This document shows, piece after piece, positions 21,281-30,640 of a DNA stretch of 64,000 bases; position 1 is the stretch's first letter, and each line of letters begins with the position of its first letter. The notes under the pieces are model-generated. The model was not told the DNA's origin. It saw nothing but the letters and a program-made list of their open reading frames with translations, and ran no database searches. A program made the position numbers and the translations under genes. This DNA is from Candidatus Eremiobacteria bacterium (GTDB lineage: Bacteria > Vulcanimicrobiota > Vulcanimicrobiia > Vulcanimicrobiales > Vulcanimicrobiaceae). Where the stretch lies: contig CAVTRC010000001.1 of assembly GCA_963737065.1 (NCBI GenBank), forward strand, positions 1,696,001-1,760,000, read 5' to 3'.

Positions 21281-21469
21281 ATGAGCATCAGTGACGCTAC
21301 GGACGTTCAAGAACTTACCGGCTGTTCGCATGACATTTGCCGCTGTACGTTGATGGGCGCGGTACTCGGGTCGTCGTATTGTGGCGATTATTGCGAGAAC
21401 GCCGATACCGGTTCGATCGAGGGCGAGGCTTGCGGGTGCGGGCATCCGGCATGCGATACGCCGCAATAA
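21281..21469 (+). CDS. Small Cys/His-rich metallothionein-like protein (62 aa)
   Basis: CSHDICRC...YCGDYC...CGCGHPAC; 8 Cys and 2 His. Confidence 0.75.
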   Translation: MSISDATDVQELTGCSHDICRCTLMGAVLGSSYCGDYCENADTGSIEGEACGCGHPACDTPQ

Positions 21470-21674
21470 TCGTTTTCGCGGTGCCGCGGGTCGGCCTTCC
21501 CTTCGGAAAGCGCTGGAAAATCGACGTCGTGTCGATTTTCCGCTTACGCACTTTTTGGGCAGAACGAAGTTTTGTAGATCACATCGTGTGATGGGCCAAA
21601 AAGTTGCAAATTTCCGTAGGGAAGGCCGACCCGCGGCACCGCGAAAACGATCACTGCGGCGTATCGCATGCCGG
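21446..21674. repeat. 64-bp inverted repeat (21446-21509 / 21611-21674) around a 101-bp structured spacer
   Basis: Arms are reverse complements with 3 mismatches by manual comparison. Confidence 0.92.
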
Positions 21675-21975
21675 TCTGATATAAGAAGGATGATGGGAGC
21701 GGTTGAGCGTTGGCGACCGGTGTTGTAGCGCGATACATTTCTCGCTAAGAAAAGCGTGGGAAAATGGACATTACGTGGATCTTGCGCTTGCGCTTTTTGC
21801 GCAGCGAACGGACTTTGTCGATCACGGCGTGTAATGGCGAGAAGACTTGCAGATTTTGGTCGGGAGCGGTGTATTGCACCGCAGAGACCGCGCCGGCTCA
21901 TGCGGCGTATCGGCTCGCGGTGATATAGAAGCATGACGCGACGGTTTGAGCGGTTGGCGGCGGCGATTGCGCGGT
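21507..21975. repeat. Degenerate direct duplication, period about 244 bp
   Basis: 21507-21549 matches 21751-21793 at 32/43 without gaps; similarity continues through gatcac..cgtgt.atgg, ttgca.attt, tgcggcgtatcg and tgatata. Confidence 0.75.
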
Positions 21976-22433
21976 ATTCGTTGGGACGAGCAATTCTTGA
22001 AATCGGTCCCGGAGATGGTGAGCTGGCGCAGATATTGACGGATCAGGGGTACGATTATACCGGAATCGATCGAAAGCCGCGTTTCGAGCATCCGGACGTC
22101 AGTGCAGTCGATTTCATGGAGTTTGAAACCGATCGGCGATTTGATTGCGTCGTGACGCAGTACGTGTTGCATCACGCTCCCGATATGAGCGCCTTTGTCG
22201 ATCGGATGGTGGGGTTTACCAAACCTGCGGGCGTCATCGCCGTTGGTGACTATGGGTGGGAGCGCTGCGATGATCCGGTGTTTCGCGCCGAGCGGGCGGA
22301 TTTGCATACGTCCGCGGCAGTCATCGGCGTGCTGGACGGCATGCTGCAGCGCGTCTTTTATGAAGACGTGCCGTATAAGGACGGCGACGACGCGATCGGG
22401 TTCATTTGGATTGGACGGCGGCGCGCGCGTTGA
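21933..22433 (+). CDS. Class I SAM-dependent methyltransferase
   Basis: ILEIGPGDG, FDCVV...LHH, KPAGVI. Confidence 0.85.
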   Translation: MTRRFERLAAAIARYSLGRAILEIGPGDGELAQILTDQGYDYTGIDRKPRFEHPDVSAVDFMEFETDRRFDCVVTQYVLHHAPDMSAFVDRMVGFTKPAGVIAVGDYGWERCDDPVFRAERADLHTSAAVIGVLDGMLQRVFYEDVPYKDGDDAIGFIWIGRRRAR

Positions 22434-22436
22434 TCG

Positions 22437-25010
22437 CTAGAAATTGAACGTCGTCGGAATGAGCGGGCCGCTCTGTCCGACGTTGAACGTTGCGCTTTGC
22501 GACGGGAACGCCAAGATGTTGAGCGAGATCGTGACGAGCTTCAGCGATTGGTTATAAAGCGCCTGAATCTGGTAACAGCCGCCGATGGTTTTCGTCAGGT
22601 ACAGCACCTTGTCGGTGAGCGCGCCCTTCTGCTTCCAGTTGATATCCGTGACGAACTGCGCGGCGGTGTTCGGGCCGAGCGGAAACGCCACTTGCGCGTT
22701 CGTCGTGTAGAAGCCGTTGCCGGGCCCCGGATTGAACGAGCCCGATAAAAGAACGATGGAGCGCGCGCTCGGCGCGGCCATGAATTGATACGTCACCGGT
22801 TGCGCTTGCCGGTCGAAGTACGTGGAGAAGCCGAGCGAGAGATTATAGTAGTTTCCGTTGAAGAGACGGACGAGGTCCTGCGCGGCTTTCGAGTTTATTG
22901 TCGGTTGCTGGTCGAGGAATTGGAACGGCTCGAACGCGGGGCCGTTGTAGTTTGATTCGTCGTACGTGACACTGTTTACGAAATGCGAGCCGATCGGCGT
23001 ATTGAGCGACATGTTCTGCTGGATCGAAGCCTTCAAATCGCCGGTGCCGTACGCGTATTGGTTCAGATTGAGCGTCGCTTGGAAGTCGCTATTGGCGACT
23101 TTCGCGATCAATGGGCCCATGTTGAGGCCGATGTCGGCGCGCGAGGTTGAAAATGCGTTCGAGGGCTCCGAATATTCGCCGATGACGAAGTTCGCGTTCA
23201 TCGGGAAGTACTTGAAATCCGGGAAAAATTTGTACGGGCGAACCGTGAATTCCGGCAATTTGTTTACACCGTACGGTTGCGCGGCGTACGTCCGGTCGAT
23301 ATCCATCTGATAATCCGCACCGGCGGTGGCGAAATCGGCGAGATCGTTCACGTGTGACGTCGAATTACTCGTGGCGAAGCCGGCGTAGTCCGACGAACTG
23401 CTCGCCAAATTGAAGTTCAGCGAATTGCGTAGCGTCTGCGTGATCTGGCGGCTGTCGGTAACGGAATACGAGGTGCTGTTCGACTGATTGCCGACGGCGC
23501 TGTAGGTGAAGTCGTACGTCTGATTCGAGCGCAGGCCGGTGTGCGCGACATTCGCCGTAAATCCCGTGTTCGCCGGAACGTTCGTGTACGGGCCGAAGTT
23601 CGACACATACGTCAGCCCGAAATTGCCCTTCAACGAGTTCGAGAAGTTTTCGAGCTCGTTGAGCGCGATGTTGTTCTGCCGAGACTGAACGCGCTTGTCG
23701 CTGATCGTATAGAAGCTCAGTGAGGCGCTGCGGTGGCCGCTGTGCGACGTGTAATACCCGGTATAGCCGAGGCCGAGACCGACCTTAGTGTAGTAGTTGA
23801 CGGTGTAGTAACCGTAATAGTACTGGTTCTTGCCGAACGTCATGCGGACTTTGATCCAGTAGCCTTCGTATTCGTCGTATCCGATGTCGGGGAAGTAGCG
23901 CGGACGTTGCGCTTCGCCCTGAACGGTGCGCAGCGGAATGATCACTTTCGGAAGCCAGAATACCGCTGCCGCACCGAGCCACAAGATCGCTTTGTAGATC
24001 ACGATCTTATCGCCCGGGTAGACGTCCATGTTCTTGCCGGTAATGTGGTAGCCGCTGCGCGAGTTCATACACGTCGAGACGCTCGGCGTGAGACCGTGGC
24101 CGACGCCGTCTTGGTCGGTGTGCAAATCCTTCGCATTGAAATGCACGAGCCCGCGTTCGACGCCTTCCGAACTGGTGCCGCGTCCGTTCGAGAGTTTCGC
24201 CGTTTGATCGATCGTGTCGAACGTTATCGCGTCGGCTTCGAGAACGGAATCCTCCGCGCGGTTGATGATGAACGGGTGGCCGGTGATCGTGATCGTGCGC
24301 AGACCGTCGAAGTGCGCGTGGTCGCCGACGATTTCTTCGGCGCCGTAAAGAATGTGCACGTTGCCGTCCGCGTCACCGGGTTGGCCTTGAACGGTATTGC
24401 CGGAAACTGTATCGGCGAGAACCGCAATATGATTCGGCGGGAGTGTCGGCACGCCGGTTGGTGCCGGCGTGGGATTCGGCGGCGATTGACCGGCCGGTGT
24501 GATCGGAGGCGGCGTCGATCCGCCGCGCTGCACGAACACCGGCTGGTTTTGATTCCAAGGATTCGGCGTCGCCGTCGGAATCGGGAGCGGTGACTCGAGC
24601 ACGCCGGGCGAGACGCCCGGTTGCGGAGGCGGCGTGGCATAGAGGGTCGTCGTTGAATTGCTGCGCGGAGCGAAGGTCGCCGATGGTTGCGGTGACGGCG
24701 TCGCGCCGAACGGCGTCGGCGTCGCAAAAGGATTGGGCGTTGTGAACGGCGTCGGCGTTGCGAAGGGGGTCGGCGTAGCGAACGGATTCGGCGTCGGCGG
24801 CGGCGTCGGGAACGTCTGTTGCGCGATGTCGTTTTGCGGTTCGAAGAGCTCGCGATGATCCGCGCAGTTTTGGCCGTTCATCAGCGTCAGCATCCGCAGG
24901 TTTTCATCGCCAACTGCGCTCGCGTTTGCGGCCGGCGCATACGACACGAGCACGGCAAGAATACAGACGATCGCGGTGAGTCCGCGACGCACGCGCCAAG
25001 TCGCCTTCAC
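22437..25010 (-). CDS. lptD: LptD-like outer-membrane protein with Pro/Thr-rich N-terminal insert
   Basis: Signal peptide, OstA-like region (ADGNVHI, STC..YHI..YPGDKIV), beta-barrel-like C-terminus ending FNF; adjacent to an LptF/G gene. Confidence 0.65.
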   Translation of the reverse strand: MKATWRVRRGLTAIVCILAVLVSYAPAANASAVGDENLRMLTLMNGQNCADHRELFEPQNDIAQQTFPTPPPTPNPFATPTPFATPTPFTTPNPFATPTPFGATPSPQPSATFAPRSNSTTTLYATPPPQPGVSPGVLESPLPIPTATPNPWNQNQPVFVQRGGSTPPPITPAGQSPPNPTPAPTGVPTLPPNHIAVLADTVSGNTVQGQPGDADGNVHILYGAEEIVGDHAHFDGLRTITITGHPFIINRAEDSVLEADAITFDTIDQTAKLSNGRGTSSEGVERGLVHFNAKDLHTDQDGVGHGLTPSVSTCMNSRSGYHITGKNMDVYPGDKIVIYKAILWLGAAAVFWLPKVIIPLRTVQGEAQRPRYFPDIGYDEYEGYWIKVRMTFGKNQYYYGYYTVNYYTKVGLGLGYTGYYTSHSGHRSASLSFYTISDKRVQSRQNNIALNELENFSNSLKGNFGLTYVSNFGPYTNVPANTGFTANVAHTGLRSNQTYDFTYSAVGNQSNSTSYSVTDSRQITQTLRNSLNFNLASSSSDYAGFATSNSTSHVNDLADFATAGADYQMDIDRTYAAQPYGVNKLPEFTVRPYKFFPDFKYFPMNANFVIGEYSEPSNAFSTSRADIGLNMGPLIAKVANSDFQATLNLNQYAYGTGDLKASIQQNMSLNTPIGSHFVNSVTYDESNYNGPAFEPFQFLDQQPTINSKAAQDLVRLFNGNYYNLSLGFSTYFDRQAQPVTYQFMAAPSARSIVLLSGSFNPGPGNGFYTTNAQVAFPLGPNTAAQFVTDINWKQKGALTDKVLYLTKTIGGCYQIQALYNQSLKLVTISLNILAFPSQSATFNVGQSGPLIPTTFNF

Positions 25011-25014
25011 GATG

Positions 25015-26169
25015 TCAGCGTTCTTCCAACCAGAGGAGCACGAGACCCGCGGTTCCCATGATGATGTTCGGAAGCCAAGCGGCTAAGTACGGGTTGATCT
25101 GATTGTTCCGGCCGAGCGCGGCGCCGGCCGACGACATCAGGTAATAGACGAAGAACGCAAGAATGGCGAGCGAAATTGCGAGCGTCCTGCCGCGTTTTCC
25201 ATAACGCAGCGCGAGTGGAACGGCGAGCACCACTCCGATGAAGGAGGCGAACGGCCATGCCAGCTTGTTCGCCAGGTTTACTTGAAGCGTGCCGAGCGCC
25301 GTTCCGCTGACGCCTTGCGCTTGCATGGCCTGTACCTGCGTCGCTAACGTTTTACTCGACGTCGTGCTCGCATCCGAATTGATGCTTGTCATGAACTGCG
25401 CCGCCGCCTCGGCCAGCGGCAAGCCGATCAGCGCGTCGTCGATGTGTTGCTGGCTAATGACGAACCCTTCGGCGTTGTAGCGCGTGTCGATCACGTCGTG
25501 CAGATGCAGCGCGCTATGATCGACGCTCGCCGTTTTCGCTTGCAGCGTTTCCGACCACTCGCCGTAGCGCGCAGGCTTATACACCTGAACGCCTTGCATC
25601 GTCTTATGATCCGGAAGAATCTGCGTGATAAAGAAAACGTTTCCGGTGTCGGGATCCTTGCTGAAAAATTGCGGTTCTACGGGCAGTGCGTTCGTGTGAT
25701 AGATGATCTGGTAAAACGTGCGCGTCGAAAGTTCAGCCGATGCGGGAGCGACCCACTCGTCGGTCGCGTACGCGACGAGGAACATCGCGAAACCGAAGAT
25801 GAGCGGCGTGAGCGCGATGCGCCAGATCGGAATGCCGGACGTTCGCATCGCGATCACTTCGTTGTCGCCCATGACCCGTGCCATCGCGAGCAATCCCGCG
25901 AAGAGACTTGCAAACGGAAATGCGAGCGAAACGGCGGGCGGCACGCGGAAAAGCACGAAGCGGAGCACGAGAAAAAACGGCGCATGCTCGTTGATGATGT
26001 AATCCGCGGCCGCGAAGAAGATGTTGAGCGCCCAAAACAGCAAGAACGCCGCGAATGCAAAGATGAATGGCCCCACCATCTCGCGCAGGAGATAGCGATC
26101 CAAAATCGGCAGGCGCCATCCCGATACGGCAACACGAGGCAGCGGCTGACGTTCGGTGAGCGTCGCCAT
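25015..26169 (-). CDS. LptF/LptG-family permease
   Basis: ILDRYLLRE, NEVIAMRTSGI, KLAWPFA, AAWLPNII. Confidence 0.9.
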   Translation of the reverse strand: MATLTERQPLPRVAVSGWRLPILDRYLLREMVGPFIFAFAAFLLFWALNIFFAAADYIINEHAPFFLVLRFVLFRVPPAVSLAFPFASLFAGLLAMARVMGDNEVIAMRTSGIPIWRIALTPLIFGFAMFLVAYATDEWVAPASAELSTRTFYQIIYHTNALPVEPQFFSKDPDTGNVFFITQILPDHKTMQGVQVYKPARYGEWSETLQAKTASVDHSALHLHDVIDTRYNAEGFVISQQHIDDALIGLPLAEAAAQFMTSINSDASTTSSKTLATQVQAMQAQGVSGTALGTLQVNLANKLAWPFASFIGVVLAVPLALRYGKRGRTLAISLAILAFFVYYLMSSAGAALGRNNQINPYLAAWLPNIIMGTAGLVLLWLEER

Positions 26170-26183
26170 GAAAGAAACGGAAA

Positions 26184-26663
26184 CTAGTAGCTCCGGTAGG
26201 CGGTGATCACGCGCATAACGTACGCGCGCGTTTCGGCGTAGGGTGGGACGCCATGATACCGGTCGACGGCTCCCGGTCCGGCGTTATACGCGGCGACCGC
26301 TAAGGTGGTGTTCCCGTGATAGCGATCGAGCAGTCCTTTCAGGTATGCACTGCCGCACTGCACGTTTTCGGTCGCATCGAAGGCGTTCGCGATCCCGCAG
26401 CCCGCAGCGGTTCCGGGCATCAATTGCATGAGCCCTTGCGCTCCGGCAATGCTCACCGCGGACGGATTGCCCGCGGATTCCGCCATCAATACCGCGCGCA
26501 CGAGCCCGGCGGGAACGCCGCTGTTCGCGGATGCTTGATTGACGAGGTCCGAGATTTCATTGGGATCGAGGGCATGCGGCGCATACGGAAGGTAACCTGC
26601 GCTGCCACAACCGTACAGCAGGCTCAGGAGAGCAAAAACTCCGAGCAGTCGTCTCATGTGCAC
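26184..26663 (-). CDS. Lytic transglycosylase (SLT) lipoprotein
   Basis: AES, GAQGLMQLMP, AAYNAGPG, ETRAYV; LYGC lipobox. Confidence 0.9.
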   Translation of the reverse strand: MHMRRLLGVFALLSLLYGCGSAGYLPYAPHALDPNEISDLVNQASANSGVPAGLVRAVLMAESAGNPSAVSIAGAQGLMQLMPGTAAGCGIANAFDATENVQCGSAYLKGLLDRYHGNTTLAVAAYNAGPGAVDRYHGVPPYAETRAYVMRVITAYRSY

Positions 26664-26725
26664 GCCCCATTTTCTCCTATAGGCTGCGGCGGCCTTTCCG
26701 AGGGATTACGAGAAACGTCCGGTTC

Positions 26726-27701
26726 ATGCCGTTCCCGCTTCGCTTGGCCGCTCTAACCTTCGCCCTTCTCATTCTCAACGGAACGAGTCCGGCCGCGGTG
26801 CCGCATTACGACCACATCTTCATTATCGTCGACGAGAACAAGGACCTGAAGCTCGTCATGGGCAGCCCGTACGCCGCGCACATCAGTTCCGCCGCGCGCA
26901 CGTATGGATACGCGAGCCACTACGATGCGGTCGCGCATCCGAGCGAGCCGAACTACGTCGCGATCGTCGGCGGCGACACGTTCGGGATCCGCGATGATGG
27001 CGCGTTTACCAAAAACGCGGTCGACGCGCCGAATCTCGCGACCCAACTCGATGCGGCACACCTCACGTGGAAGGGTTACTACGAAGACATTCCGGCGCCC
27101 GGATCGCTAGCGAGGTACCATGGGTTGTACGCAAGCAAGCATTCCGGCTTCCTAAATTTTCTCGACGTACAGCGCGACCCGCGCCGTCTGGCGCATCTCG
27201 TCGGGTTCGATCAACTCGACCGCGACGCCGCAAACGATCGGCTGCCGAACTTTGCGCTCATCGTACCAAATCTTTGCAATGACATGCACGGCGCGTTCGG
27301 TGCCAGCGTGCCCGCGCGTTGCTGGCCCGGGCGCACCTCGTCGTTGATTGGGCTCGGCGACGCCGCGTTCGCGGACATCGTCGGGCGCTTGACCGCGACG
27401 CCGACGTGGAAAAGCCGGCAGAACGTCGCGATCGTTCTCACGTTCGATGAAGACGATGGTGCGACGAGCTCACCACAGGCTCAAGGAACGGACGGCGCGC
27501 GGCGGCCGCGTATTGTGCGTCGTCATGACGAATCACGGGCTGCGTCATTTCGTTGACGCAACGCCGTACACCCATTACTCCCTGTTGCGCACCATTGAAG
27601 ACGCATTTGGATTCGCGCCGCTCGCGCATGCGCGCGAAGCCCTGCCGATGACGGAATTGTTTTTCTCGCTCGCCGAACGCAACACTCGGGGGGTCCGGTA
27701 A
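26726..27701 (+). pseudogene. Phosphoesterase/acid phosphatase family protein, frameshifted near 27500
   Basis: HIFIIVDEN, HPSEPNY, NDMHG, TFDED; C-terminal GGRV..YTHYSLLRTIEDAFG lies in another frame. Confidence 0.75.
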
Positions 27702-27727
27702 ACACCGGCGCGGTAAAGAGCGCATGG

Positions 27728-29026
27728 ATGGACGAGATCAACCCTGCGCCGGCGCGCACCACGAGCGAGCGCGACTATCTGCGGTTTCTGGTCCACGCGG
27801 AAGAGATGCTCGGGTCGTCACTCGACGTTCGAGAGACGATCATCAATGTGTGCGCGGCGGCGGTCGAGACGGTTGCCGACCTCTGCTACCTCATCATGAA
27901 GGATACCGACGGGGCGCTCGACATCGTCGCGACCGCATCGCGCGACCCCGCACAACTCCCCGACACGACCGCAGCACGAAAATTTCTCCATCCCGACCCT
28001 GGGTATCCCGCGAGCGTTGTCGACGACGTCATTGAGCGCGGGCACACCGTATTCGTGACCGACGTAAGCGAGACGTATATCGCAGAACATGCGACGAGCG
28101 CGGAACATGCCGCGTTCCTTCGCCGCATGGAGTATGCGTCGATCATCATCGTTCCCATCCCGGGGCGGGGCACGGACGTGATAGGTGCGCTGAAGCTCGT
28201 GCGCACCCGCCGATTCGGGGAGCGTTTCGACGAGGATAGCGTCCTCTTCGGGCGAGGCCTTGCGCGCCGCTGCGGCAGTGCGATTTTGCGCGCGCAGGAA
28301 TTCGAATCATCGCAAGACGTTGCCATGCGGTTTCAACGCGCGGCGTTGCCGCGCGTGCTGCCATCGGTTCCCGGCGTTTTGTTCGATGCATACTATGAAG
28401 CGGCCGAAGCGTCTCTCTTGATCGGCGGCGATTGGTACGACGCGTTCGTCTTGCCGGACGGTAAGCTCGGAATGACGATGGGTGACGTCGCCGGTCACGG
28501 CGTCGACGCCGCGGCGCTGATGGGAAACATTCGCAATGCGTTACGAACCGCGCTTTGCGCGGGGCTTGCGATGGACAAAGCACTCGAAGTCGTGGACTTT
28601 CTCGTGCGTAGCGAAGTTCCCGAAGGCGGCTATGCTACGGCGAACGTTGCGACGCTCGATCCGGAGAGCGGGTTGTTTCGTGCGATTGCGGCGGGCCATC
28701 CCGGCCCATTACTTCATTCACCTGATGACTCGGTGCAGGACCCGTTTCGCGAACGGGGATTGCCGCTCGGTCTGCGTGACCTTACGGAGATCCCGCAAGA
28801 CATCGAAGAGCGGACGTTGAAACGAGGGGCGTTTCTCGTGTTCTTTACCGACGGCGTCATCGAATGGCAGCGCGATGAACTCAAAGGATACGAGCAGTTG
28901 GCGGATGCGATGCGCGATCGCAGCGTACGCACCGCCGACCGGCCCGCGCTCGCAGTACGGCGCGCGGTGATTCAAGGCCCGCACGCCGACGACGTGGCTA
29001 TTATGTGCGTGCGATACGAGCGTTGA
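27728..29026 (+). CDS. GAF plus PP2C (SpoIIE/RsbU-type) phosphatase
   Basis: GGDWYD, GDVAGHG, AGHP, FTDGV, DDVA. Confidence 0.9.
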   Translation: MDEINPAPARTTSERDYLRFLVHAEEMLGSSLDVRETIINVCAAAVETVADLCYLIMKDTDGALDIVATASRDPAQLPDTTAARKFLHPDPGYPASVVDDVIERGHTVFVTDVSETYIAEHATSAEHAAFLRRMEYASIIIVPIPGRGTDVIGALKLVRTRRFGERFDEDSVLFGRGLARRCGSAILRAQEFESSQDVAMRFQRAALPRVLPSVPGVLFDAYYEAAEASLLIGGDWYDAFVLPDGKLGMTMGDVAGHGVDAAALMGNIRNALRTALCAGLAMDKALEVVDFLVRSEVPEGGYATANVATLDPESGLFRAIAAGHPGPLLHSPDDSVQDPFRERGLPLGLRDLTEIPQDIEERTLKRGAFLVFFTDGVIEWQRDELKGYEQLADAMRDRSVRTADRPALAVRRAVIQGPHADDVAIMCVRYER

Positions 29027-29058
29027 TCGAGCGCACGAAAAGATTCGTTGCATTTCAC

Positions 29059-29823
29059 TCAGCGATGGACGGGTTCGAGCGGCAGCGTGACCGTCATCAA
29101 ATTGGATCCGTCATCGTCGTGCCGGTCGATGTGCGCTTCGCCGCCGATCGAGCGCAACATTTTGTCGAGAACCGTAACGTTCGAATGCGCGAGATGGTCT
29201 TTGATTTCTACGCGCACGCGCGCGCCGGCGGTGCCGCAACGCACGGCGACGGTACCTCCGGGCGGCGTATAACGGACGGCATTCGCGAGCACGTTCTGCA
29301 GAATTCTTCCGACGTGTGCGCCGTCGCCGCGATACGTCGAGCTCGTCACGTTCGCACTGTCGCACGGCTCATACGTGAGCCGCACGTCTTTCGCGGCCGC
29401 TAAGCGGGCTAGTCCGGCGACGTGTGCCGAAATGAACGAACAGAGATCGAACGTTTCGATCCGCACGACTTTTTCTTCGCCCGTTTGCGCCGGCCGGCGC
29501 AGTTCATCGAGCATGGCCGATGCTGAGCCGAGTGCGGCGAGCAGCGCATTCAAGCGCGCCTCGGTCGGCTCCAAAAGACCGTCGATGATCGCTTCCAAAT
29601 TCGCTTGCGCGATGGAGAGCGCGTTGCCGATCTCGTGACGTATATTGGCGAGCTGAAATACGCGCGCGGCTTCGCGCTCTTCGATATCGGCGAGCAGCAA
29701 GAACAGTCGGTCGGCAATTGGATTATCGATCGATTCGGCAAGCGCCTTCGCTTCGCTCCAGTCGCTCGCCAAAGCAAGGTCGATCGCGTGTAAGAGCCGG
29801 TTGTCGCCTACGTGATCGTTCAT
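29059..29823 (-). CDS. Soluble histidine-kinase-like protein with degenerate ATPase domain
   Basis: H-box RHEIGNAL, N-box NVLANAVRYT; G boxes not recognisable. Confidence 0.75.
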   Translation of the reverse strand: MNDHVGDNRLLHAIDLALASDWSEAKALAESIDNPIADRLFLLLADIEEREAARVFQLANIRHEIGNALSIAQANLEAIIDGLLEPTEARLNALLAALGSASAMLDELRRPAQTGEEKVVRIETFDLCSFISAHVAGLARLAAAKDVRLTYEPCDSANVTSSTYRGDGAHVGRILQNVLANAVRYTPPGGTVAVRCGTAGARVRVEIKDHLAHSNVTVLDKMLRSIGGEAHIDRHDDDGSNLMTVTLPLEPVHR

Positions 29824-30509
29824 GATTTTTTGAATTTGTACCCGACGCCGAAGACGGTCTGAACGTAGATCGGATGCTCGGGATCCGGCTCGATTTTTTT
29901 GCGCAAGTTGTTAATATGGCGATCCAATGTGCGCTCGTACACGGAACCGTCGTCACCGAGCACGTCGAGAAGGTGCGCGCGTGTAAACGCGTGACCCGGT
30001 TGCTTTGCTAATACGGTCAAGATTCGAAATTCCGAGGGTGTGAGGCGTGCCGCTTTTCCGTTTACGCGTACTTCGTGCTCGCCGAGATCGATCTCCAAGC
30101 CGTTCACCTTCAAAAGATCGTCGTTTTCTTCCGGAGATCCGCCACGATGGTCGGAGCGCCTCATTACCGCGCGCACGCGCGCGACGACCTCCCGTGGAGA
30201 GAACGGCTTGGTGATATAGTCGTCGGCGCCGAGTTCGAGGCCGACGATACGATCGAGTTCATCGGCGCGCGCGGTAAGCATGAGCGTCGGAATTTCGCGC
30301 CCTGCGACGCAGCGCAGAATATCGAGTCCACTTCCGTCGGGCAGCGTGATATCGAGCACCATGACGTCCGGCGCATCGGTGTTGATCTCGGCCATCGCTT
30401 CGCGTACGTTGCCTTTCACCGTCGTGGCGAAGCCTTCGCGAGCGAGATAGGCGCTCAACACCTCTCCGATCTGCGGCTCGTCATCGACGATCAAGACGCG
30501 CTTTGCCAT
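29820..30509 (-). CDS. OmpR-family response regulator
   Basis: LIVDDE, LDITLP, GADDYITKPF, winged-helix TVFGVGY. Confidence 0.95.
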   Translation of the reverse strand: MAKRVLIVDDEPQIGEVLSAYLAREGFATTVKGNVREAMAEINTDAPDVMVLDITLPDGSGLDILRCVAGREIPTLMLTARADELDRIVGLELGADDYITKPFSPREVVARVRAVMRRSDHRGGSPEENDDLLKVNGLEIDLGEHEVRVNGKAARLTPSEFRILTVLAKQPGHAFTRAHLLDVLGDDGSVYERTLDRHINNLRKKIEPDPEHPIYVQTVFGVGYKFKKS

Positions 30510-30640
30510 CGTCGTATTCTCGCCCGTTGCAGGGCAGAAGTTATGCACGTCTTGGGAAGGCTGGTTCCTAACCTGGGCTTTGCCTCGTTACCGCACCCGA
30601 TTGCCGAAGGGAACAGCCAGCGAAGACGTACGCGTTTGAT

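Noticed and set aside
21164..21934. 256-aa minus-strand ORF across the inverted repeat
   Set aside because: Arg-rich with no motif; its internal similarity comes from the DNA repeats, and differences between copies do not look synonymous
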